Origin: Raillietiella orientalis
Taxonomy: Eukaryota
Direction: 5' to 3'
Length of the DNA stretch: 64,000 nt
Assembly: GCA_036172245.1 (NCBI GenBank)
Contig: JAYWIR010000028.1
Coordinates: 2,356,001-2,420,000 of the forward strand
Under the pieces are notes generated by a model. It searched no databases, was not told the DNA's origin, and saw only the letters and a program-made list of their open reading frames with translations. Positions 38,301-50,300 of this stretch are shown piece by piece; position 1 is the stretch's first letter; each line of letters begins with the position of its first letter. A program made the translations under genes and the position numbers.

Positions 38301-41300
38301 AATAATAAAGTGGTCTCCTCCGAGGGAGGAGGCACCTCCAGAGATAAGAGGGAAGAAATTCCCTTCGGAGACAACCAGAGTGAGAGAGAGTTACCTTCGG
38401 GATTCCCTTCCAGGCGTGAGAGGAACGGCCTCCTTCATCCAGGGTCTTTCTGGATTCATAGGGTGGCCCCCTACCGGGAATCTCCTAACTTGAGGAGTTT
38501 CCACACGCACTCTCGGGTGGCGTGGACAGTGCCAAAGAGCTTCGCGAGTCCTCTTTAAGGAGGCGAACGGTTCTTCAGCACTTGGCGAACCAAAAAAGGG
38601 GGAAGGGGGGGAGGGAAGCTACGCAAACATGGAAACCTGCTAAGGAAGGAACTGCAAATTCTGTGGACACGAGGGTAATCCTTCCGCCATTACCAAGTTT
38701 TTTTTTTTTTTTGTAAGCAATGTAATCATTCCATGGGGAAGAAAACCCACTGTAATGTATGTGCACCGGGAGAAAGGAAACCCTTCGACGCCCAGCGTCA
38801 TCGGCGCAGCTGAAAAAAGACGGAAGCCGTTGGAACGTGACAAGTCTCTGAGCACGCAAAAACTCCACTTCGCGCGCAAGGAGGAGCGAACTCTGCAAGT
38901 CAGAAGACCCGGCTGCACCCTGGATGCGTCTCCTGATTCCATGAACTCGTGCAAGCATCGAAAGGAGCAGATTAAAGCCCGGCTGTCATCGGACAAACGG
39001 CTTCGCCGTCCTTGCGACTGTCCCGACTGCCGGTGCCGCAAGAGCGTAAGGAATCGATTCCATATTGGCACGTCCGAGGGCACCTTCACTCGCGGCGCCG
39101 ACACGGGAGCGAATACTGCAAAACGGGATGCTGGGATGATGCAAACGAACAGGACGCGCGGAAACGGCTGTCGTGAAGGCGTGGAGTAGATTCACCTCAT
39201 CCTCTGAAGAAAAGACACAGTCCTACTCCGGAATTCACCAAGGAAACGAAACTGCCGCACAAACAGCATGGTACTTCGCATGTACTAGTGTATACCAACC
39301 GACGGGTGCTGTTCACCTGGGACGACACGTTCGTAAAGCTTCGTACAAAGCGTTCGAGTGCAGCTCTGCTTCTAGCGCTAGAACGACCTTGCCATGGCGA
39401 TGTTCTCGCTAAAGAGTTCACATTAACCTCTGCTGTCCACGGCTCCTGAGGGTTTGGGAAGCACGGACTTTCGGGAAGCAGGAAACTTTGTAAGCAAGGA
39501 AACGAAGCGATTAGGCTATGGGAGTTACCCTCCCGAAGGAAGCGGTACTTGCACGAGACAGCTTCTCATCCAAAGAATAGGCACTCTTGTTCATCGACCT
39601 GGACGAATTCATTGCAGATGAAGAGACTGCCATTGTACTCATGCTTCGATGGCAAAGACACATCTCGGGAAGTTCCACAGGAAAAGAGTACGTATGTATT
39701 CATAAGATCAAAAACAGGAGTTCGGTCACAATCCGGGATCGTTTGCTCAGCTGCAAAGCGATTTCTCAAAACAAAGTTCTTCCCTTTATGGTGTTTCGGA
39801 GCACTGCACGAGAAAGACTGAGATTGCAGGAGAAAGATGAGCAGATCGTTAATACAGTCGAAGCTGCAGTAAAAGATTGGAGCCCATTTCGAAGTGCATC
39901 CCCATTTTTTTTTTTTTTTTTCTAAATGTAGCACCTATAAATACTGCGCAGGTGGGATAGATAATACGCCTCCCATTTTATACTGAGGGCTGCTCAGTGC
40001 AAGACTTTGTGTCCATAAGTGTCATTTTCATTCCCTTTTGAATGGATAAGGAGTCTGCGTATTTTAGAACCCGCGGTTCCTGAAATTATTTTGAACTTCC
40101 CTCAGGGTGCCTTTTTTTTTTTTTTTTTTTTATGTGTAAATCCGTTCCCTGTGGAAAACTGAAACCATTGGTTTTCCCACTTTTCCTTCGAAGAGATGCA
40201 CGCAATCTGAAGCTCGTTTGACCTTCTTAACGCCCCAAAGGATCCAGTGTTTATCGCGTTTACCTAAAACATGATTCAGCTCGCAAAGTCGGGAGAACAG
40301 GGAACGCATTAGCAGCCGGGACACTTTTTCCTGTTTTCGAATGACCCTCTAGCGTCGCCAAGCACCTCTCTGGATGGCCGGATGACACTCGGTCTAATGG
40401 TCTAATGAATGAATGAGAGCGACACTCTTTTCGAATATGGAGGGCTCGTTCGGATGTTCGAGCATTTCCAAATCCTCCACGTTCGTTCCACTGCGGAGAA
40501 AGGGTGCATAGCAACCGCAGTCGCGAACGAACTGCCGTGATTTCACCGAAGAAGAACACACCAGTCGGATCGCTCGCAGCGAAACGAGGAGGCCTTTCGG
40601 GTGCATGGGCAGCCTCCAAGAAGGTTTCAGAACCTTCCTGTGGCGCTGGACAAGAAGGGTTATAAACTGATTATCTGCCTCAGGATGCAAGCAGAAATTA
40701 CGGGAACGGCACCTACTATCGAAATTCATTTCGGATTTGTCACGAGACCGAAGTTCGTAATTCCTGAAACAAGTCTGAAATCTGACCAACCTATTCATCT
40801 TGTGAAGAGGGACAATGGACATTTCCGCGGGCTTCATGTTGATCGAGTTGGACTTGGAAATCTTCGCTGGGCTCAAGGACGAGTTGATCTGATTCTGATG
40901 TGTTTGGGAGTTGACTGGGGGAACAAGATGCGACAAAATGAAAATGGTAAGCAGGCTTTCAACAAAGTGCCGGAATCTTCTTCTGTATGCGTGTCCATTC
41001 AAATTCGAACAGATCTGTACAGTATAAATAAATCATGCAGTGAGCATGCCATGAATTCAAGCAGATGTTTTTATATTCATCTAAATAAATCTACAAACAT
41101 CGTGGGACAAAAATGCAAATTGCAGCAATCAGCTATTCGAAGTCTTTCATTCTTTCACCATAGAGGAGCGAGAAAAAAAAAAAAATGAAAACAAAAATCC
41201 CATAACCAGGTACACCTTGAAGATTTTTGAGATTAGGAAATCATGAGTTCCTCCTGCTTTTTCGAGATGAGAGCATTGCTCTTCTCTTCTATGAGAATGA

Positions 41301-44300
41301 ATTTTATGACCGCTCAACCGCTACTATATGAAAGCTAACCACAGGGCGCCATCACAACTTTTACACTGAGGCAAGAAAACGCCGAAACACTCAGCAGCTT
41401 CGCTGGGGACCACTCTGATAATCTGGATGCTGCTTCTCGGAAAGAGTGCTGAAACACGAGCAATCAATTCGGGTTCGAAGCGAAATCGGCAATCAGTCAG
41501 GTGGGTGGAACAGAGCCATTCAGCGAAGTCATGCTGATACCGAAAGAGATGGAAATGGAGAGCGCCGGGAAAAAGCAAAATTGAGGAAACATGCTGCCTG
41601 TCGCAACGCTCGTTAATCCTTTGCTGGAGCATCGGGAGGCTGGAAGATCCTTGGTCGGAGGAATGCTTCGAAAGTAAGGAACCAGCAGTTCGGTTTTCGG
41701 GTGGGAATCCGCACTTCGGGAATCGCTTAGGCGTGTGTTTTAACCACAAGCCGCGATCCCGTTTCTCGGAGATCTGCATGCACGTACTTCAGGGAACCTT
41801 CATCTTTGCGAGAGGGTACGACCATTTGTCATGGTGACTGCACATTTGAAAGTAAAATCAGAGCGCCCATCCATATTCAGCGCTCAACAGACGGAAACTT
41901 TTGAATGGCTTCCTTGCAGCACCATCCAGTTCCACGTTGTTCGCAATCGTGCTGCAAAGCTTGGAACCCATGCAAGTACGAAAAATTCATGATCATTCAA
42001 GCCGTATTTCATAATCACCTCGTGCTTCTCCTCCGATGGTTCCCGGTTAACCAGAAGTCCAGCGAGCATAGATTCGACACTTGCACCCATCCCATGAGGG
42101 TCGCAGCGAATGGATGAAATTCCCCAGGCTCGCAGTAAGCTACAGGCTGCGATTTCAGGTCTCCTATTCCAGTTTTTTCGAATCATCGTTCAATTCCATG
42201 AAGATGGAAATTCATCGCGAGTGGAGATATTGCCATCAGCAATGGAGGAAGAAATTAATAGAACGGGATGGAGCTTCAACTCGATTTGACAAAACTCAGA
42301 TGAAAACACAAGAGTCTTCCTGTTCACGAAACGCTATGCTGAAGCACCAATCTCAGATACAATCTCCACGTACATTGGTTTGGGAGATTTGGTATTTTTT
42401 TTTTGTTTTTTTTTCTTTGGAAAAAAAAAAAAAAAAAAATTGGTTCTGCGTTGAAAACTTCGTTGATCCTGGGCTTCCGAACCCATTAAGGATTTGCGCG
42501 AGGATCAAAAATTTAAACGGAAAGAAGAATGCATAGAGATCTGCACTTTGATTTCTCTTCACCCTTCTGCTTTTCGTTCCCTGAAGTCCTGGAACGTTCA
42601 CCAGCATCCAGTCAGCATTGCGATGGACAACGAGCAGCGAAGACATAGCAAAAAAATGGAGCAGGCAGGAAGGACATTAATGGGAGCACGTCTTGGGCAA
42701 TGCTTTTTGAATCCGTCAAAGAGGTCTGCCTACAAATGAAAGCATCTTCGCAAACCATTTTGTTTCTGGAGATTCGATCTCTTTGCCTAAGAGTTTGCTA
42801 AGTGACAAAGGGATCTCGGAGATGCCTTGAAGCGAAGACCTGATCCCAAATTGCTGAACCAGCTGAGGAAATGACGATGATGAATGCCGTGGGAAGGTAG
42901 CCTGCGCTTTTGTTCCCTGTTGCTCCATGAGGTAGCCATTAAAAACCGCCCTTCTACGCAGAGCGCTTCCCATTTTAGGAGAAACTTCTGTTTTTTCCCC
43001 TACCGACTGGGCCAGTAAAGTGGACTGCAGGCTTCACTTGTTCGACCTTTGCCATGCTATTCTAGATCCTTGTATCCTTCCAAGAAAATTGCGAAAGCTT
43101 CGGTTTTGCAACTTGAGAAAAAGGATGCGATGATCTCGAAATGATGAAAGAAGGCCACCCGTTCATTCTGATTTGTGGGATGCCTTTCGTTGCATCAGAG
43201 GAGCGAGCTCCGTTCGACAGAATTCGCAGGCTCACATACGGCTTGGAGAAGTCGCGAAAAGAGCATGGGTTCAAGAGATGCATGCCCCGCGGCACCCTTC
43301 TATCACTCTGTGCACCCGGAAAGATGCGCAGGAGCTGAAGCTGATCATCAGCCACAGCCGCTTAGATTCTTCTGGTCAGCATCGTTCCCGAGCCCAAGGC
43401 ACTAAAATCCACGAATCAGAGTCCCGTGCCGAAAGCAAGAAGAAAGCGCGGTGAAACTCCTCTTTGCGGGAGGATGCATTCCCGCTGCCATCTGCGAAAG
43501 CATTTGCTGAGAAAACTGTAGGAAGCGGATCCCAGCACCCCAGCTTGTCTTAATTTCAGCGTGCAGGGAACATTCTTTTTTAGATGCCCGGAGCATCCAG
43601 AGGCACATTCTTGCAAGACATGTGCACAGCCCGAAATGCGCAAGACCTATTTTCTCAGACATTGCCATTCCATTCTTTCCTCCCCTGATCTGATTCATCG
43701 ACGGGTTCGCAATTTTGACAGGGACTGCTTTGTCATCCTAGATCGGGCACACCAACATGGCCGTTTCCAGAAAAGAGAGGAAAACTTTTGAATCACAGGA
43801 TCCAAAATAGTCATCGGAGGCTGCTGTGAATCAGGAAACCAGACGATTGCTAGGCTGCGGAGGCTTTGCCACACGCCGATGCCTTGAGCACTTTAAGAAT
43901 TCCTCGGAGAGCACGGGAAGATCGAGAGCCATTAGCAGACGTCCGAGTGAGGGGCAGAAGAAGGCTTGTTTGACCCAGGGTCACGTCGCACGTCCACAAG
44001 ACGTAGTTCCTAAGTCCCGAATAGGAGGCAGTTTACCCAGGGGAGGGGAGGAATCCTGTGAACTGTCGAAGAAAACGACTTGCTTCAAGAGCAGCTTGAG
44101 CGAAGAGAGCATTCCCACAAACCAGGCCCACGGAGCCGCTGCTCGACTTATCACTCAACTCGGTTTGCCACCTCGGCAGCAAGGAAAACAGTCTCCAAGA
44201 GATCAGATTTCTTGCGGCACACGGCTGGGAAAAAGGAGACTGGGGAACGGGGACTCTGACAGAGGCAAAGCCATCAGAAAGGAGATCCACGAATCTGCAG

Positions 44301-47300
44301 GGACGGAGGTGAGCAGATCTCGGGAAAGCAGGGTCAGCCGCGATCCTCGGAAAATCCGACTTCGAAGCTGGAGAGCCACAAAGCGACAGCCATGGAAACA
44401 CTGCGAAAGCAGGCAGACCCTTTCCCGCGTTACGCCCTCTCCGAGGTGCCAACGAAAGGTCGAGTACCTCAGCATTTGCGACGAAAGGGACCTCTTCTCT
44501 GTCCACGTACCGCCTGCCCGTTCGGGGAGGCAGACAAGCATTCCCCGAAGAACGAGGGAACGAAAGCAAGGTGGGAAGCAAGCAGCCGAGAGACGCGCCC
44601 TCGGGGTCACGTTTTCCCGCCTTCCTGCGTTTCGCGGGTCTCCCCCAACCACCTGCAGCAGAAGGAGAGTAGAAGCGCAGGCACAGCGAAGGAGGAAGAG
44701 AAGGCATGCAGGTTTGAAGCAGCACGAATCTAGGCAACGCACACTGCAAAATCTTTTTTTTTTTTTTTTCATGCTTGCTTACTACGAGACGGACTCACTA
44801 CATAGGGAAACGGAAACATTGGCGGGTGCGCAGCACCACCTGGATACGTACTTGCTCTTCCTAGCAACTGAACTGCTCTTATTCCTTTCTTAAACAGTGC
44901 CACTAGGTGCAGCGAATAAGGAACAGACAATGTGAAAACCAGGTGCAATGCATGAAACAAAGCAAAAGTGAGAAAAGGAAATTCTCTTTTTTTTTTTTTT
45001 GTTTTTAAAGAAAAAAAAAAAATCAAAATTCTCATTTTTGAATGCAGTTCATCTTTCAGAAGCATCTCTTAAAGAGAAACAGGCTCTGAGGCGACCTGAC
45101 CCGAGGATATCTGCGGGTTAAACATCTCCCGAGTTATCCTCGAGAGAACTGATTGCACGAGAGCCTTTTTTCATTTGTCATTTTTTTTTTTTTTTTGGAA
45201 AGAGAGGAGAGCTGTTGGAAGAGGAAGGAAATCTCTCTCACTCACACTGCTGGCACTTGCACTTCTTGATCAGGGTCTCGTCCTGTATCGTGTCGTGGCA
45301 TCTCATGCAGTAGAACCAGACCCTGGAGGCGATGCTCGGGAGTCGGGTGGAGGACCTTACGCGGAGCGGCCCGCCTACCTCTTGACCTCGTCCGCAGACT
45401 GGGCGATGAAGAACCCTTGGGTGTTGGGGACTATCTTGGCGTTACGCGGGTTGATGGCGATCTCGGAAACAGAGTTGCCTTCGTCCTTCACCTCTATGGC
45501 TAGCAGAAGGAGTTTCAGCTTCACGAAACAAACTCTGAAACGGGGGAGGGGTCCGGATATTTTGCGCGTGCGTGTCTGTGTGTATGTGTTGCCGGCCTGG
45601 TGAAATATGCCAAACACAACACAACAACAACAAAAAAAAAAAAAGAAACCAAAAAAAAAAAAAAAGCCTTGAGGCATTCCTTTGTTTGTTTACTTGCAAA
45701 GGAAACAAACAAATGCAAAAACGCTCATGCACTACTTGACAAGAAAAGTGGCTGAACGGGAAGTTTCTCCGGCTTAAAGGCAGGAAGCGGACTCGTGAAA
45801 GATTTGTGGCAACAACAGAAAGTTGGAGGCAGCGTTGCTACGCAATGAGACCGAGGGCAAGCGTGCTGGGGAGGACTTCAAAAGCGAATGCAGTTCTTAA
45901 GTTGTGAACGCAACTTACTCAGAGGCCTGAGTAAAACTCATTCCTACAAAGGCAGCCGATAGGGCTTCAGTGTACATTTCACAGCCCGTACCACACAGAT
46001 AATCATTCTGCCACGCCTGCATGTGAGGAGACTACAAACAAAAGGAAAGCACGTCAGCGTGGCAAAGCAAACCGCAGCAAGCTCATGCTGATTATGCTAA
46101 TCACTTCCTTCCTTCCTTTTTTTCCGTTTGCTCCCTCTGGTACCAGAATCACTTTCCGAAGGAGTACTCAGAAGAAGAGGCATGGGAAAGGCATGGACGG
46201 GGCGTGTCGCCACAAAGAAGGACGGAGAGAGACAGAGACAGAGGGGGGGGGGGAAAGACAAAAAAAAAACAACGAAATAAAAAAAAAAAATAAAATGAAA
46301 AAAGGGACAGAAAAAAAAATAAAATAAAACAGAATTCACAAACAGCCGCAGCGTGTAGCCAAGCGATCCTGGCCTAGGAAGCTCTTACTTACTCTGCGGC
46401 CTGGAAAAAACTCATTCCCAGGAAGCTGTGACTGAAAGTTTCGGTGTAAATCTCCATGCCGGCTCCGCGCAAGTACACGTTCTGCCAGTCCTGAATGTCT
46501 AGAGACTGATAAACGCTCATGAGAGAGCGAAGGAGAACGGGAAAGGCGGGGCGAAGGTGCTCGATTTTTTGAGAGAGAAGGAAGATCAAGCCGCGCAGAG
46601 AGCGAGGTGGTGCGAGGGTACCGTTTTGTAAGAACGCATAGCGAAAAGGTTGGCCATCATGGTGGAGAACCCAGGAGCCAGGCAGCTCTGGGCGATGAAT
46701 CCGAGCTTCAGCTCCGCGAGGCATATGACGTCGTCGCCCCGCTTCCAGTCCCAGCTGGGGATGTTGAGTAGGTAGGCCTGCAAGCAGCCGAGGTCCCTCG
46801 CTTGCGGACAGGGGAGGGGGCAAGGTCCCCCAGACCCACCTTGTTGTGGTACTGCATGAGCTGTATGATCACTCGGATGTCGTCCGAGTAGTTCTTGATG
46901 GAGATGACCCTCATGATGTTGGCAGCGTCTTCGGCGTCGGGGTCCTGGCAGTACTTGTTGGCCAGCACCAGGCATGCGTCAGCTTCGTGGACCTATGACG
47001 AGCAGAATGAGCAGGGAGAAACCCGCGGTTGGCGCCGTCCTCATTCCTCCCGATCGGAGCAGAGAGCAAGGCGCCAGAGGAGCGACTTACCCTCACGCGC
47101 TGCAGGTCTATGGGGTTCATGATGGTGCCTTGAAAGAACTCCACGGTAGTGAAATGTCTTTTGAAGAGCCCTTCCAGCTCCAGGTCAGGAGGTTTCCTGA
47201 ATCAGAGCAAGAATCAGGCAGCGAAAACTACACGCAGTTCCTCTTTCTCCCTCCCTCCCTTTCATCTCGGCACGCTTACCGCCCCCGAAACACCTCGAGG

Positions 47301-50300
47301 AAAAAATCCCCGTACACTCCTTAAGTCGCTTCCGAAAAGACGTTTCCGGAGCCTTGGTTCAAGCTTTCCGAAATCTTTTCGCGGCTGCAAGGTGGAAGAG
47401 AAGAAGAAATGGGAGGAAAGAGATGCAAGCTGCTCTCTTCCTGGGAGGGTGCAGTGCAAGATGGGAACAACTTGCCTGAAGAGATGATGGAACGCTGGAA
47501 GAGGACAGAGGGTCGAAAGAAAGCTCCTGGAGAGAGTTGCACCCACGAACCACTTGCAAAGGACTATTGCTTTCCTCCATCCTCTGCCGCTATCTACTTC
47601 CGAGTTCCATCACATGACACTGCTATTTTATTTCCACCTATCTATCGGCTCAATCCCTAACAAGGCTCCTTATCCCTCCAGGTTTCGTTTTTTTTTTTTT
47701 TTTGAAGAGGGGGAGGTTCGCTAAGTACTCAAGAACCATTCGCCTCATGACTCACGAAGTTCTGTAGCGTTCTTTCACGCCACCCGAGGGTGCATGTTAA
47801 CTCCTCGATTTAGGAAGTACCCTGGGAGAGGACCATCCCATGAATCCAGGAAGGAGCCGGAGAAAGGAATTCACCGCACACTTGGGAAGGAATCCCTAAG
47901 GGAACCTCTTCCTCATTTTCTCCAGAGGGATTTCCAGAGGTGGACGCTCCATTGTACCTTTTCCGAAGGGAACCCGGAAAAATTTGCTCCTGGAATTTCT
48001 TCTCCCGAGAGAACCCACAAGGGAACCATTCCCTGTTTCCTCCTCTAAATAGAACCCCGAAGGAACGCTTCCAAATTTTCCCTGAAGAGTCACTCCCGAA
48101 GATAGCAGAGCGCTTCTTGACACACCGGAGAGGTATCAGTCCACCAGGTCCATGATACCAGATGGAAGGGGTCCCTCCCAAGGGAGAGACGGCGACTCCA
48201 TTTGCACAACCAGAAAGGGAACCGAAGATATGGGAACCGACTCTTTGATTTCTGGAAGGACCCCGGAGAGTCGACTCCCCATCCCAGCAGCTCAATGGGA
48301 GCGTCCGGTTTCCAACTTCCACCAGTGCTTCATCCGAAGCCTATAGGCCAACCAGCGTCATCTTGCGGTATGAACTGGAACCCATGACGCACCCATCTCT
48401 CGGTGTCGATCATTCACTTAGGGATTCGAACCCTCAACGCTTGGTGTCACGAGCGGAGATCGGGAAGTCCATTGGCGGTCATGTGGCAACGCAGCCACAT
48501 GACCGCCAATGCGGGCAAAAAGTAATTGGAGTGTCAACGCCTTTGCTTCAGCAGCTGCTCCAAATTTTTGAGAAAATAATGTGCTAGGTGTGTCTTGATG
48601 TCCATACCTCTCTAGCATATCGTTCGAGTGAAACTAGGCAGACAAACGCCCTTCCTTCAGGTTTCCAGAATTCTTCTTTCACATCGCCAGTCTTTTCGTA
48701 AGCGATCCCAGGAGTTGCCAAAGACCGATGACAGATGGGCATCGTCCTTTCTTCCGTGGAAAGGAGGGTTTCGATCTCCAGTCACCTTCACAAGAGCTCT
48801 TTGTTTTTCCGGCGCGGAGACGTCCAGATTCGCGTACGATCTCTACCTATCCGGAAGACGAAGGAAAAGAAGATTGCTTTCAGATCAGTCCTGCGATGCA
48901 GGCAAGTAACCAGAGGTTGTACTTCTTGGATGTAAAGAAATCAAAGCTTAGCCGGAAGAGAGCTAAACAGCGTATGCAAGAAGACCGGCCCGGAGAGAGG
49001 GGGAGGAGAAGGGGTCGTCATCAGACTGACCCTCATCGGAAGAGCGTTCCCCTCCTTTTCGCGGTGCTTCCCGACTGCTGACCAGAAGCATTCTCCCAGT
49101 GGCAGCCCACGAGACAGGTTGGCAATTTCCCCGACAGAGTGCACTGTTTCCTTTTTTTTCGGTAGCGCGCGCCCTTTCGGAGATGCCGCAACTCTGCGAG
49201 AGGGAAGACCTCCAGTAGCACGTGATCAGGGTTCGTTCCCAGGGTCCCAGAGGGACGGTCAAGGCGATCGAAGAAGACCAGCTCTTCACTTCCTCACTCC
49301 AAACCTTTTTTCTAGAAGATTGATCTTCCAGCACCCTTCTAACATCTATCGCTAAGTTGACATTCTCTCTTCGAGCTCCGCCAAACCCTTTCTGCTACTC
49401 CCTGTCCCCGATTCCTTACGAAGTCAACATCTGAAACGGATGCTGGAGCTCATGCTCACGGCCCTCAGCGCATTTCCCTAGACCTCGGAAGGCTGCTGGA
49501 ATCGGGAAACTTCCCGGAGGACATTCGAGACAAGGAAGCTGCCAAATGATCGGAAGGAGTCGATCCTAGTGCAGTGGGCACTGCATGATTACGAGCTGAA
49601 TTCGTAGGCATCGCCTCGTCCGGTGCCTCCTGAAGATGGACCGAGATGCCCCGAACGGCCGAACATGGGGGCCTTTTCGAAAGAAGGAACCTTTGCAAAG
49701 AACGAACCGCCAGATGCTAACATCCATCACGCTAGAGAGGCAAGTGTTCCTCTTTGTAGATAAGGTTTCGGCCTGACCCGAAAATCCTGCGCCAGGCTCG
49801 CCGGATACTTGAGCGTCTGGGCATCTGAAGGGGGATAGGGAAGATGAAGTACCAGATATGAAAGCGATCTAGTTGGGCAAAATGATTTAATGAGCCTCCG
49901 AAGCACTACCAAAGGAAAGGTTATCGTTCGATCGTGGAAATTTGAGCACTTGGAGGGGAGGAAACGTTGAACACGGAGGCGTCTCCAAGGTCCCCGAGTA
50001 TTCACTCGAAGGTACATGCACGGTTGCTCACAGGAAAGCGGAAATTCGACTCTTCCTGAAATTCCATCCCGGACGGAAGTTTAATCACATCGGCTTGCCC
50101 AACGGAATGAAGATCTGTGCATTGGTGATGCTCGATCCAAAGCTTGATTCAGATCAGACCGCGTTCCATAACGAATGCCACATTGGGAGCTCTTTTCGTG
50201 CGAGGGTGTATCCAATGGACTGCACACCTCCACAAAACGCGAGCTCATTCTGCAACAAGTCCAACTTACTCCTTGGCGTCCTTACGCTCGGTGACCTGCG

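Noticed and set aside
43826..44893. 355-aa plus-strand ORF in slo intron
   Set aside because: Arg/Ser-rich low-information translation crossing a poly(T) run, non-ATG start, no domain.
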